From the NCBI GenBank assembly GCA_947627295.1, contig CANQVJ010000004.1, forward strand, positions 70,951 to 134,950: a stretch of DNA of 64,000 bases. Reading direction: 5' to 3'. The notes beneath the pieces were generated by a model. That model was not told the origin of the DNA, did no database searches, and worked only from the letters and a program-made list of their open reading frames with translations. The first letter of the stretch is position 1, and every line of letters begins with the position of its first letter. The stretch is from an uncultured Clostridia bacterium. Its GTDB lineage: Bacteria > Bacillota > Clostridia > TANB77 > CAG-508. A program made the translations under genes and the position numbers. Positions 45,680-54,428 of the stretch are shown in pieces.

Positions 45680-47024
45680 TTATACTCCATATGCTGAGAA
45701 TAAGAAATTTCCCATGTAAACTTGGATACAAGGTACAAGTACTACTACTACGAAGAATATTAATACAATACCTACAATTGCATAAACCACTTCTGGAAGT
45801 ACTGCCATAATCTTGTCCATAATTTGATTTATATCAATATCCATATATTCAACAAGTTTTTCCATAAGTTCAGCTAAGTCTGATTGCATACCTATTTTTA
45901 ACATCTCCACAATCATAGGAGAAGCAAGTCCAGATTTTTCAATAGGTTCAATCCATGAAGAACCAATTAAAATGTTATTAATAGAAGTTTCTATAATTGA
46001 AAGCAATACATAGTTTTTAACAACATTTTTAGAAACATCCAAGGCATCCTGTATTCTCATACCATTGTTTAAGTTAAGCAAAATTGCCTTTAATAATCTT
46101 GAAAAATCTAATGCAAATATCAATTTACCGAAAATAGGCATTTTATATTTAAAGTAATGGAAATTGTATTTTCCCTTTGGCGTATTAACATAGAATACAA
46201 CACCTACAACTATTCCTATAATAATGGTTGTCGGTATGTACCAATACTGAATCAGCAGATCTACAACATCTGCAAACCATAATGTAACTGCAGGAAGTGT
46301 ATCTGTTGAGCCAACTTGGTCAAATACTGCTTGTATTGCTGGAATTGCTACAAGTGTACCTACAAAAAGTAAAACAAGCAATCCAATAAATTGTATAATA
46401 TTTGGTACTAAAATTTTTCTTAATCTTCTATTTAAGTCTGCTGAATCGTCAAGGTATTTAACAGCTTGTTCAAGCGATGTTGTAAGCGACCCGTGATAGC
46501 TCCCCAACCCTTATCATGTTTGTATATAGGTAAGGGAAAACATTGTCGTAATATTCCATTGTTGTGTACATATTTTCACCTGATTCAACACCTACCAAAA
46601 TATCTTCCAAAATTCCTTTAAATAGTGGGTTTTCAGTACTCTTAATAATTGTAGAAAGAGCATGTATGTTATTAAAGTTTGCCTTTTTCAATAGATAGAA
46701 GTTTTCAGTAAATACCACTAAATCTCTTTTTGAAATTCTATTTGCACCAATCATGTATTTACTAATTCTCTCTTTGAAAGTAAGGTCATTTTGCTCACGA
46801 GCAATACTTGTACTGTTTACATTGCTCATTAGCTCTTGTAATTGGCTGATATTTCTTCTTTTTTTGCTCTTAGCAGAAATGCTTTTTGCTACTTGCACAA
46901 CTTCAATAGGTGTATAATTGTTGTCTTTAAGCATTTTTACTAGTATTCTTTTACTACCAGATTCAACTTTGTTTTTAAAGACTTCACCTTTTGTATTAAC
47001 TGCCTTATATGAATAAGTTGGCAT
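45680..47024 (-). CDS. pilC: type IV pilus platform protein PilC (GspF family), frameshift near 46470-46507 (gcgacccgtg)
   Basis: N-terminal YSYKAVNTKGEVFKNKVESGSKRILVKMLKDNNYTPIEV PilC signature. Two ORFs 46470-47024 and 45680-46507 with polytopic membrane domains. Confidence 0.8.
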
Positions 47025-47041
47025 CTCTCAATCCCCCTCTT

Positions 47042-48148
47042 TTAAATTTTTCCTCCATTTTGTACTCTTAATTGCATAATAGTTCTATTTAAAACATTTA
47101 TATTCTTTTCTTCAATTTGAGCTTTTGCCAAATCTAATGGAATTCTACCTTCAACAAATAATTTAGCTAATGAATTTATTAATCCAATTGAGCCCTTATC
47201 TGCATTAGATTGAATTGCATCTTCAATTTCAGAAACACTAATTTTATCTTTTCTAATTAAACCTGCAACTGTGTTATCAACAACCATAACTTCTGGTACA
47301 AGTACTGGTTTTCCGTCAACACCTTCAAGTAGACGCTGAGCAGTAACAAGTTTTAATAATGAAGATAGCAAATATTTAACACTTGCTTGGTCTCTAACTT
47401 CATAGAAATTGACCATTCTATCTATTGCTTCTGCACATGACCTTGTATGAAGTGTTCCTATTACAAGGTGTCCAGATTCTGCTGTTTCAATAGCAGCTTC
47501 CATTGTTTCTTTATCTCTAATTTCTCCAATAACTAGTATGTCGCAGTCCTCTCTTAAAGAGTTTTTAACACCGTCACTGAAGTTTAAGAAATCTCTACCC
47601 CTACCAAGTTCTCTTTGAACAATAAGTGATTTCTTTGATTTATGTTTATATTCAATAGGGTTTTCCAATGTTAAAATCTTTTTATTTTTATTTTCATTTA
47701 CATAGTTAATTAAAGCATTTAAAGTTGTACTCTTACCAGAGTTTGTTTTACCAGTAACAAGAATTAAACCTTGGCTCTGGAAAGTCATACGCCTAACAAT
47801 ATCAGGAACTCCCAAAGACTCATAAGTAGGTAATTCGTTTTTGATAAGTCTTAGAGTTGCAGTAGGAATATTATCACTCATTGCAATATTTACTCTCAAA
47901 CGAATATCTTTGTATTGGTAAGAAGTATCAAGTCTTTTATTTGTATTAAATAGTTCATCTAATTGTAAATTACCTCTAACTAAATAATCATAGATTTCAT
48001 ACATATCGTCTTGAGTTAGCACATCAAACCCGAGGAGCCGGTACCAACTCTCTTATTATTCTAAGTAGAGGTTTATTGCCACATACCAAATGCACATCTG
48101 ATGCATCTTTCGCCATAGCAATATCTAAAACTTTGTTCATATCCATAA
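47042..48148 (-). CDS. pilT: twitching-motility retraction ATPase PilT, N-terminal frameshift near 48030-48050 (cccgaggagccgg)
   Basis: the N-terminus MDMNKVLDIAMAKDASDVHLVCGNKPLLRI is in a shifted frame. Walker A GKTNSGKSTTLNALI, Asp box, His box. At 326+ aa with no N-terminal GspE domain it is PilT-like rather than PilB. Confidence 0.85.
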
Positions 48149-48160
48149 CTAAATTTCCTC

Positions 48161-49810
48161 CTAATAAATAACTAATTTCCTATTTAGTTCCTGCAATGTT
48201 GTAAATCCTTCAACAACCTTGTGAAGCCCGTCTATTACCAAAGGTTTGTAGCCTTCTTCAAGAGCTTTACGCCTAATAGTAATACTGCTTTCACCGTTCA
48301 TGATAAGTTCTTTAATGTTTTCAGTAACATTTAAGATTTCAAAAATACCAATTCTTTCATAATATCCTGTGTTGTTACAATATGGGCAACCAACTGCTTC
48401 ATAAGTTGTTCCTTCTACATCAAAGTCAACTCCATATTTTTTACCTGTTTCAGTAATGAATTTCTTTTCAAAATCATTAAATCTTCTTTCTTTTTTACAC
48501 TTAGGGCAAACTCTTCTAACAAGTCTTTCAGAAATCGAAGTTGCCAAAGTGCTTGAAATATCATAATTAGAAAGTCCTAGTTTTCTTAATCTTGTAATTG
48601 TTTCAATACTATCAATTGTGTGAATAGTTGTTAAAACATAGTGACCAGTCTGACCTGCTTGTATTGCTATTTCTCCTGTTTCTTGATCCCTTATTTCACC
48701 TACAAGTATAACATCTGGGTCCTGTCTCATAACTGTACGAAGTGAATTAGAAAATGTAGATTTTACGCCGTCGATTTCAATTTGGTTTAAACCATTAATT
48801 CTAATTTCAACAGGATCTTCAATAGTTGTAATATTGATTTCTGGTCTATTTAGGAAATCCATTATACTGTATAAAGTAGTTGTTTTACCTTCACCTGTTG
48901 GAGCTGCAATAACTGTAATACTGTTACGCTTATCAACAGTTTTTTTCAACGACTCTTCATTTCCTGGGAAACCTAGATCAAAAATATTTCTAATACTTGA
49001 ATTTTTCTTAAGCAAACGAAGCACGAACTTTTCGCCATAAATATTAGGTTGTGCCGAAGCACGGATACTGTAGTTATCATATGTTAAGATTCTTCCGTCT
49101 TGAGCCTCTTGTTTTTCTTGGTGCATATTTGATATTGCTTTTAATCTACCAATAATTTGTGGTTGTCTATTTTTTGGTAATTTAGCTGCTGTAATTAATT
49201 CACCGTCTATTCTATATCTAACATTAACTTTATCTGCTTGTGGTTCAATATGAATATCACTTGCTCTTTTTTCAATACCGGTTCTTATAATATTATCTAC
49301 CAAAGATGTAATATTTGAAGCTCCGTCTGTTCCAACAATTTCTTCAGATGCTAAGCCTTCCATACTTGCAAGTATTCTTTTAATATCTCTATCAAAAGTA
49401 ATATATGGGTCCATTACTAAACCTTTATTTAGTAAGTGCATCCTAACTGTTTCCATATCTTTTTTAGAAGCAGAATTAGAAAATGCAACTTTCATTCTAC
49501 CTGCTGCCATTTTAATTGGTAGCACTTTGTAGTTTTTAGCAACTTCCATTGTTATTTGTTCTACTAAATGCATGTTGATACTTCTTGCATCAACAATCAT
49601 GCCCTTAATTCCAACAATTTCACCAATGGCCTCAATTAAAGTTTTTGGGTCATGGACCAATTCCATTTCATAAATAATATCTCCAATTTTCTTTTCCGGA
49701 TGAGCTTTTTGAAAATCTAAGGCTTTTTGTATATCTACCTCTTTTACAACGCCTTTTTTTACAAGTTCAACACCTATTGGTTGTCTTCTTTTTATATCCA
49801 TATTTCTCAA
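48161..49810 (-). CDS. pilB: type IV pilus assembly ATPase PilB (GspE family) with tetracysteine zinc motif
   Basis: N-terminal GSPII_E_N-like domain, Walker A APTGEGKTTTLYS, CPKC..CPYC, 549 aa. Confidence 0.9.
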   Translation of the reverse strand: MRNMDIKRRQPIGVELVKKGVVKEVDIQKALDFQKAHPEKKIGDIIYEMELVHDPKTLIEAIGEIVGIKGMIVDARSINMHLVEQITMEVAKNYKVLPIKMAAGRMKVAFSNSASKKDMETVRMHLLNKGLVMDPYITFDRDIKRILASMEGLASEEIVGTDGASNITSLVDNIIRTGIEKRASDIHIEPQADKVNVRYRIDGELITAAKLPKNRQPQIIGRLKAISNMHQEKQEAQDGRILTYDNYSIRASAQPNIYGEKFVLRLLKKNSSIRNIFDLGFPGNEESLKKTVDKRNSITVIAAPTGEGKTTTLYSIMDFLNRPEINITTIEDPVEIRINGLNQIEIDGVKSTFSNSLRTVMRQDPDVILVGEIRDQETGEIAIQAGQTGHYVLTTIHTIDSIETITRLRKLGLSNYDISSTLATSISERLVRRVCPKCKKERRFNDFEKKFITETGKKYGVDFDVEGTTYEAVGCPYCNNTGYYERIGIFEILNVTENIKELIMNGESSITIRRKALEEGYKPLVIDGLHKVVEGFTTLQELNRKLVIY

Positions 49811-49824
49811 TTCCTTTCTTCTTC

Positions 49825-50241
49825 CTATGTATTATAATTTGATGAAATTTGAGTATCATCTTTCTTTAGTTGATATTTTACATTAACTTCATTATTGCTT
49901 ATTTTTTCAAAATTCATGTTGTAAATGTCTGAACATACTTTAACTTTATCCCTGTATATTCCGCCATTTTTGAAAGTATATTGTGTGCCGTCTGAAAGGA
50001 CCACCACACTTTCACTATCATTTGTTTCTACTTCCTTAATTTCTATTTCTTCTCTATTTAAGTCATTTATGAAAAGTGAGTTAAATCTTGCAATTTCTTT
50101 ACTTGGGTCAACATTACTTCCTATGTCTTTAATGTTTTTATAAAAGAACGAGGAAATAATTGAAATCACAGAAATTACTACAAGCAGAACAACTATATAA
50201 ACAATTATAGAAGTTAAAGCTACACCTTTTTGAGACTTCAT
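49825..50241 (-). CDS. minor pilin/pseudopilin-like protein with a non-canonical class III signal (QKG|VALTS, Ser at +5)
   Basis: MKSQKG followed by a 22-residue hydrophobic helix. It sits between pilD/pilin genes and pilB. Confidence 0.5.
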   Translation of the reverse strand: MKSQKGVALTSIIVYIVVLLVVISVISIISSFFYKNIKDIGSNVDPSKEIARFNSLFINDLNREEIEIKEVETNDSESVVVLSDGTQYTFKNGGIYRDKVKVCSDIYNMNFEKISNNEVNVKYQLKKDDTQISSNYNT

Positions 50242-50243
50242 AT

Positions 50244-50663
50244 TTAGTCCTCCTTATGTATAACAGTAGAAAGTTCAACAGATTCTACTTTATTTTTAAT
50301 TTTATAACTAACTCTAACTCTTACTTCTTTTACAACACCAGCCTTAGCCTCTTGATTACTTTTTTTGTAGTCTTCAATGATTGCTGTTCTTGAATATGGC
50401 GTATTATCTATTTGTTCATTGTTATAAACTGTTATTTCTTCATTTGTTTCATTATCACCTGTAAAATATTTTTCACTCTCAGATTTAATTTGCTCAATTG
50501 TTTCAATTGCATAATTACTTGCTTCAGACTTTCTTTCTATTTGTTTAGAAGTTGTAGAATAATTTCCATAGAGTGAAGCTATAATTCCTGCAAATATTGT
50601 AACAATTAGAACTGCAACTGTAACATCTGCACCTGTGAAACCTTTTTGACTTTTAAAGTTCAT
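50244..50663 (-). CDS. minor pilin-like protein (QKG|FTGAD, Asp at +5)
   Basis: MNFKSQKGFTGADVTVAVLIVTIFAGIIASLYG class III-like signal plus hydrophobic helix. Confidence 0.55.
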   Translation of the reverse strand: MNFKSQKGFTGADVTVAVLIVTIFAGIIASLYGNYSTTSKQIERKSEASNYAIETIEQIKSESEKYFTGDNETNEEITVYNNEQIDNTPYSRTAIIEDYKKSNQEAKAGVVKEVRVRVSYKIKNKVESVELSTVIHKED

Positions 50664-50677
50664 AAGCTACATCCTCT

Positions 50678-51523
50678 CTATACACCAAATTTGGTCCAAA
50701 CAAGAGCTATACAGAAAATTACCATATTTGTAATTCCCATATAAAATCCTATTGGTAAAGTTTTATCTTTATTTTTATCAACAATTTCTTCCCTGTTTTT
50801 GTCTGATTTACTTGTATGTTTTGTAATCATTAAATCAACTGCAATTACTAGAAGTACATATACAAGTGTTAATACTGTTGCCATACCAGTAAATATTGCC
50901 ATTGTGATAATTGTTAATAAAATTCCATTAGTGTATGCATTTTTGTTGTATTTTTTAAATGTTATATTGTCCATTAATAAAACTAATCCGTAGAATAGTA
51001 TATATATGACATATCTATATATAACGCCTTGACCTGTCATGCATAGATATACCATATACATAACAGATATAACAATTCCATATATTGATACAGATTTTTC
51101 TATTTTTCTATTTTCTCTTTCTGTAACTGCCATTAATACTACAAATGTAATATATAACAACATAAAGAAATACTCAATAACAAGTGGAAGCCAAACCTCT
51201 ACTGGTTGTGTAAGTGTTTCCATATTAATACTCATAAAATATGCAAGAACAACAAAAGTAAACCCAGATAGTATTTCTAAAATGAAATATCTTGGTCTTA
51301 TTTTTTGCTTACAATATCTACATTTGCCACCTAGGAATATGTAACTCCAAACTGGTATTAAATCTAAAATTCCAAGTTTGTGATTACAGTTTGGGCAATA
51401 TGAACGAGTATGTGTAATATCTTGTTTTTTTGGTATTCTGTAGACTGCTAATGTGTAGAAACTTCCAAAAAGTGTTCCTATTATAAATATTAGCAAATAA
51501 AAAACTGCATTTGCAATGTTCAT
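50678..51523 (-). CDS. pilD: prepilin peptidase (A24 family, PilD/ComC) with an N-terminal zinc-binding DiS-P domain
   Basis: CPNCNHKL..GGKCRYCKQKI tetracysteine, polytopic A24 membrane core, 281 aa. Confidence 0.85.
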   Translation of the reverse strand: MNIANAVFYLLIFIIGTLFGSFYTLAVYRIPKKQDITHTRSYCPNCNHKLGILDLIPVWSYIFLGGKCRYCKQKIRPRYFILEILSGFTFVVLAYFMSINMETLTQPVEVWLPLVIEYFFMLLYITFVVLMAVTERENRKIEKSVSIYGIVISVMYMVYLCMTGQGVIYRYVIYILFYGLVLLMDNITFKKYNKNAYTNGILLTIITMAIFTGMATVLTLVYVLLVIAVDLMITKHTSKSDKNREEIVDKNKDKTLPIGFYMGITNMVIFCIALVWTKFGV

Positions 51524-51556
51524 TGTATATCTTCCTTTATTTTATTTTTTAGAACT

Positions 51557-51593
51557 TAAGGCATATACTCTTTATTTTAGCGTATATGCCTTA
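51557..51593 (-). other. 12-bp perfect inverted repeat hairpin between the pilin genes and pilD, a candidate attenuator or mRNA-stabilising stem
   Basis: AAGGCATATAC-N13-GTATATGCCTT. No clear U-tract follows on the minus strand. Confidence 0.4.
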
Positions 51594-51694
51594 AAGTTCC
51601 TCTTTAGTATTATTAAAATTTTAACTTTTGTACTTTTAGCTTTAGTACATTTTTCATTTGTTATTTATGTTATAACTATTGTTGGCTTTTAATT

Positions 51695-52243
51695 CTAGGC
51701 ACCAGCACCTGGTGATGCTACTGCTCCATCTGTATAATCAGAAACTGCTGGTTCTACTTTATATTTTATTTTGTTATTTGCTTTTCCGTAATTTGTTTGA
51801 GAGTCAAAAACACCGTCTTTATGATACGTTATTTTTCCTTCAATTTTTCCACCAAATTTTGTTTGGTCATGTGGTGTCCATGATATTACAACAGCATCTC
51901 CATTTTCAGTTAATTTGAAGTTAGGCTCAGAAACTTCATAATCTCCTATTTTTTGAGCTGCATCTGTATCTAATCCATTAACTCCTTCAATATCTGCTGC
52001 TGTCATATCTATTCCACCTACACCTTGAGATTCTGCTATTAATTCTGCAAAAACTCCGTTAAGTGCTGTGTTTATTCTATCTGCTGCTTCTCCTCTTGCA
52101 TTTTGTATATCTGCTTGATTTGCTTTTGTTAATACTCCTGATGATCCTGTTAGCATGGCTATTGATATTCCTGCTAATATTAATAATACTATTATTGTAA
52201 TTACTAAGGCAATTAGTGTAATACCTTTATTTCCTTTAAACAT
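51695..52243 (-). CDS. pilA: type IV major pilin paralogue 2 (prepilin, KG|ITLIA, Ala at +5)
   Basis: MFKGNKGITLIALVITIIVLLILAGISIAMLTG. The N-terminal 70 aa are nearly identical to the upstream paralogue and the C-terminal 110 aa differ. Confidence 0.7.
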   Translation of the reverse strand: MFKGNKGITLIALVITIIVLLILAGISIAMLTGSSGVLTKANQADIQNARGEAADRINTALNGVFAELIAESQGVGGIDMTAADIEGVNGLDTDAAQKIGDYEVSEPNFKLTENGDAVVISWTPHDQTKFGGKIEGKITYHKDGVFDSQTNYGKANNKIKYKVEPAVSDYTDGAVASPGAGA

Positions 52244-52267
52244 ACTTTGTTCCTCCTATTTTATTTT

Positions 52268-52798
52268 TTAAGCCCCTGCTTCTTCAAATGCTGAAACTGC
52301 TGGTACTATTTGATATTTTATTTTGTTATTTGCTTTTCCATAAGTTGTGTTAGATTCAAATACTCCGTTTTGATGATAGTTTATACTTCCTACAATATCA
52401 GCTCCGAATTTAGATGGGTCATTTGGATGCCATTTTATTTCTACAACTGGTTTTCCATCTTGTGGTGAAGTGAATTTTAAATCAGCAATTGAATACTTTC
52501 CTATTTTTTGTGCTGCATCTGAATTTAATCCGTTCACTCCCATAATATCGTCTTTTGACATATCTATTGTATTTACACCTTGAGATTCTGCAATTAATTC
52601 TGCAAAAATTCCATTAAGTGCTGTATTTATTCTATCTGCTGCTTCTCCTCTTGCATTTTGTATATCTGCTTGATTTGCTTTTGTTAATACTCCTGATGAT
52701 CCTGTTAGCATGGCTATTGATATTCCTGCTAATATTAATAATACTATTATTGTGATTACTAAGGCTATTAATGTAATACCTTTATTTCCTTTTAACAT
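52268..52798 (-). CDS. pilA: type IV major pilin paralogue 1 (prepilin, KG|ITLIA, Ala at +5)
   Basis: MLKGNKGITLIALVITIIVLLILAGISIAMLTG. RBS AGGAGG. First pilin gene after the pilMN-pilO block. Confidence 0.7.
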   Translation of the reverse strand: MLKGNKGITLIALVITIIVLLILAGISIAMLTGSSGVLTKANQADIQNARGEAADRINTALNGIFAELIAESQGVNTIDMSKDDIMGVNGLNSDAAQKIGKYSIADLKFTSPQDGKPVVEIKWHPNDPSKFGADIVGSINYHQNGVFESNTTYGKANNKIKYQIVPAVSAFEEAGA

Positions 52799-52959
52799 TT
52801 GTGTTTCCTCCTTAAATTTTAATTTTAAATTTTCTTTTGTATTAAACTTTCTAATACATTTTTCTTTAGTATTCCTTAAATAGTGTCCTTAAACTATTTT
52901 CCCCCCTTTTTCTTTTGAATTAATTTTTTATAAAAGTTATAAAATTATAACATTATAGA

Positions 52960-53487
52960 CTATTTTGTATTTGGATCTTTTGCTGGGTTTGCATATGCTG
53001 ATGTTCCACTGCTTGACCCTGAACTTGTTCCAGTACTGCTACTTGCTGTACTTCCACTTGAAGCTGGATTGCTACTTGCAGCTGAAGAACTACTTCCTGA
53101 ATTACTGCTTGTTCCTGATGTAGAGCTTCCTGAAGTGCTTGAGCCTGTGCTTCCTGTTGTTCCAGTAGTTCCATTACTTCCGTCTGCTGCTTGAGTTTCA
53201 AAATTTTGTAATGGGTTTGGTCTTCCTGGATTATAACTATTTATTCTTTCATAATTTTCTACCTCTGGTGCATCTACTTGGTATGTTAAAACAACTCTTT
53301 CTTCGTCTGCACCAGCTTCTTCATTAAGTTCTTTTGAAATTTCTGCAGGTGTTGAATATTGTTCTAATTCAGGTAGTGTTTTATTATTAGGTATGAAATT
53401 ATAAAATATTAATGCTAATACTAATAATATTAATAAACATAGTAGCAAAGCAAATATTATTTCTTTAAATGTGCTTGTTCTTTCCAT
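52960..53487 (-). CDS. hypothetical signal-anchored protein with a Ser/Thr/Gly-rich low-complexity C-terminus, a possible pilus-biogenesis accessory protein
   Basis: N-terminal TM helix (IIFALLLCLLILLVLALIFYNFIP), C-terminal 70 aa of STG repeats. Confidence 0.45.
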   Translation of the reverse strand: MERTSTFKEIIFALLLCLLILLVLALIFYNFIPNNKTLPELEQYSTPAEISKELNEEAGADEERVVLTYQVDAPEVENYERINSYNPGRPNPLQNFETQAADGSNGTTGTTGSTGSSTSGSSTSGTSSNSGSSSSAASSNPASSGSTASSSTGTSSGSSSGTSAYANPAKDPNTK

Positions 53488-53510
53488 TTAAATAAACTCC
53501 TTTACATTTT

Positions 53511-54428
53511 TTAATAATTGTCTGTGGTATTTGATGTGTTACTTGTATTACTTGTGTTTGAAGTGTTTGATGTATTGCTTGTATTTGTAGTGTTTCCTTC
53601 TTCTTCGTCATTAAATACGCTGTAATCTTCGTCTTTTTGTTCTTGTGTTGTTTGTGTTACTGTTTTAATTCTAATATCTTTACAAGTAAATATTCCTGTA
53701 ACATATCTTGTTTTTGATAAAGCATCTGCTGTCATTTTGAAATCTTCTATTTTAAATCCTAGTGTTGAATCATTTTCAATTGCATATATAAAATCTGCTA
53801 CTGCAACATATGGTCCATTTGCTTCAAATTTAAGGTTATATGTTTGGTCGTCATCATCTCCTGCGCCTGTGCTTGTTGTTTTAACCATAGCAGCTTCTAT
53901 ATCTTCAGAGCTTGTAGTGTTGGTTGTGTTAGTTGTATTTGTAGTGTTTCCTTCTTCAGTTTGTTCCCCTTCTCCTTGTGCTTCTTTAACTTCGTCTATT
54001 GCTTCATTTGGGTCAAAGCCTTTTTCAACATCTATTTTAAGTGTAACTCCTTGTGCCTTTGCATGATTTCCTATTTGTGTCCATAGATATTCCATTTCAT
54101 ATTTTTCAAGTTGAGCAGCTGTTGGTTGTGTAGTAACCTCTTGCCCGTTCTCGTCGATTGTTGTATTTGCTTCTACTAAATCTTTATATTTTTCTTTTTG
54201 TTCTTTAAGGCTCTCTATATATATTTTTTGGTTGTTTTTTGCATTTCTGTAATCAACTGTTGATAACATCATTGCTTTGTCAACTTCTGCTTGCAATTCG
54301 TCGTCTTTTTGAACTATTCCTGCAAAACTTAGTACTTGAAAAGCGTTTGTTCCCCAACCACAAAATACAGAGTAACCAAGTAATACTACTAGTAAAACTA
54401 TTAAAATGATTAATAAAGTTTTTTTCAT
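53511..54428 (-). CDS. PilO-like pilus assembly protein (signal anchor, coiled coil, soluble domain) with NTT/NTS tripeptide repeats
   Basis: N-terminal TM, coiled-coil region ESLKEQKEKYKDLVEAN. It sits directly after pilMN. Contains (NTT)4 and (NTS)6 repeats. Confidence 0.5.
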   Translation of the reverse strand: MKKTLLIILIVLLVVLLGYSVFCGWGTNAFQVLSFAGIVQKDDELQAEVDKAMMLSTVDYRNAKNNQKIYIESLKEQKEKYKDLVEANTTIDENGQEVTTQPTAAQLEKYEMEYLWTQIGNHAKAQGVTLKIDVEKGFDPNEAIDEVKEAQGEGEQTEEGNTTNTTNTTNTTSSEDIEAAMVKTTSTGAGDDDDQTYNLKFEANGPYVAVADFIYAIENDSTLGFKIEDFKMTADALSKTRYVTGIFTCKDIRIKTVTQTTQEQKDEDYSVFNDEEEGNTTNTSNTSNTSNTSNTSNTSNTTDNY

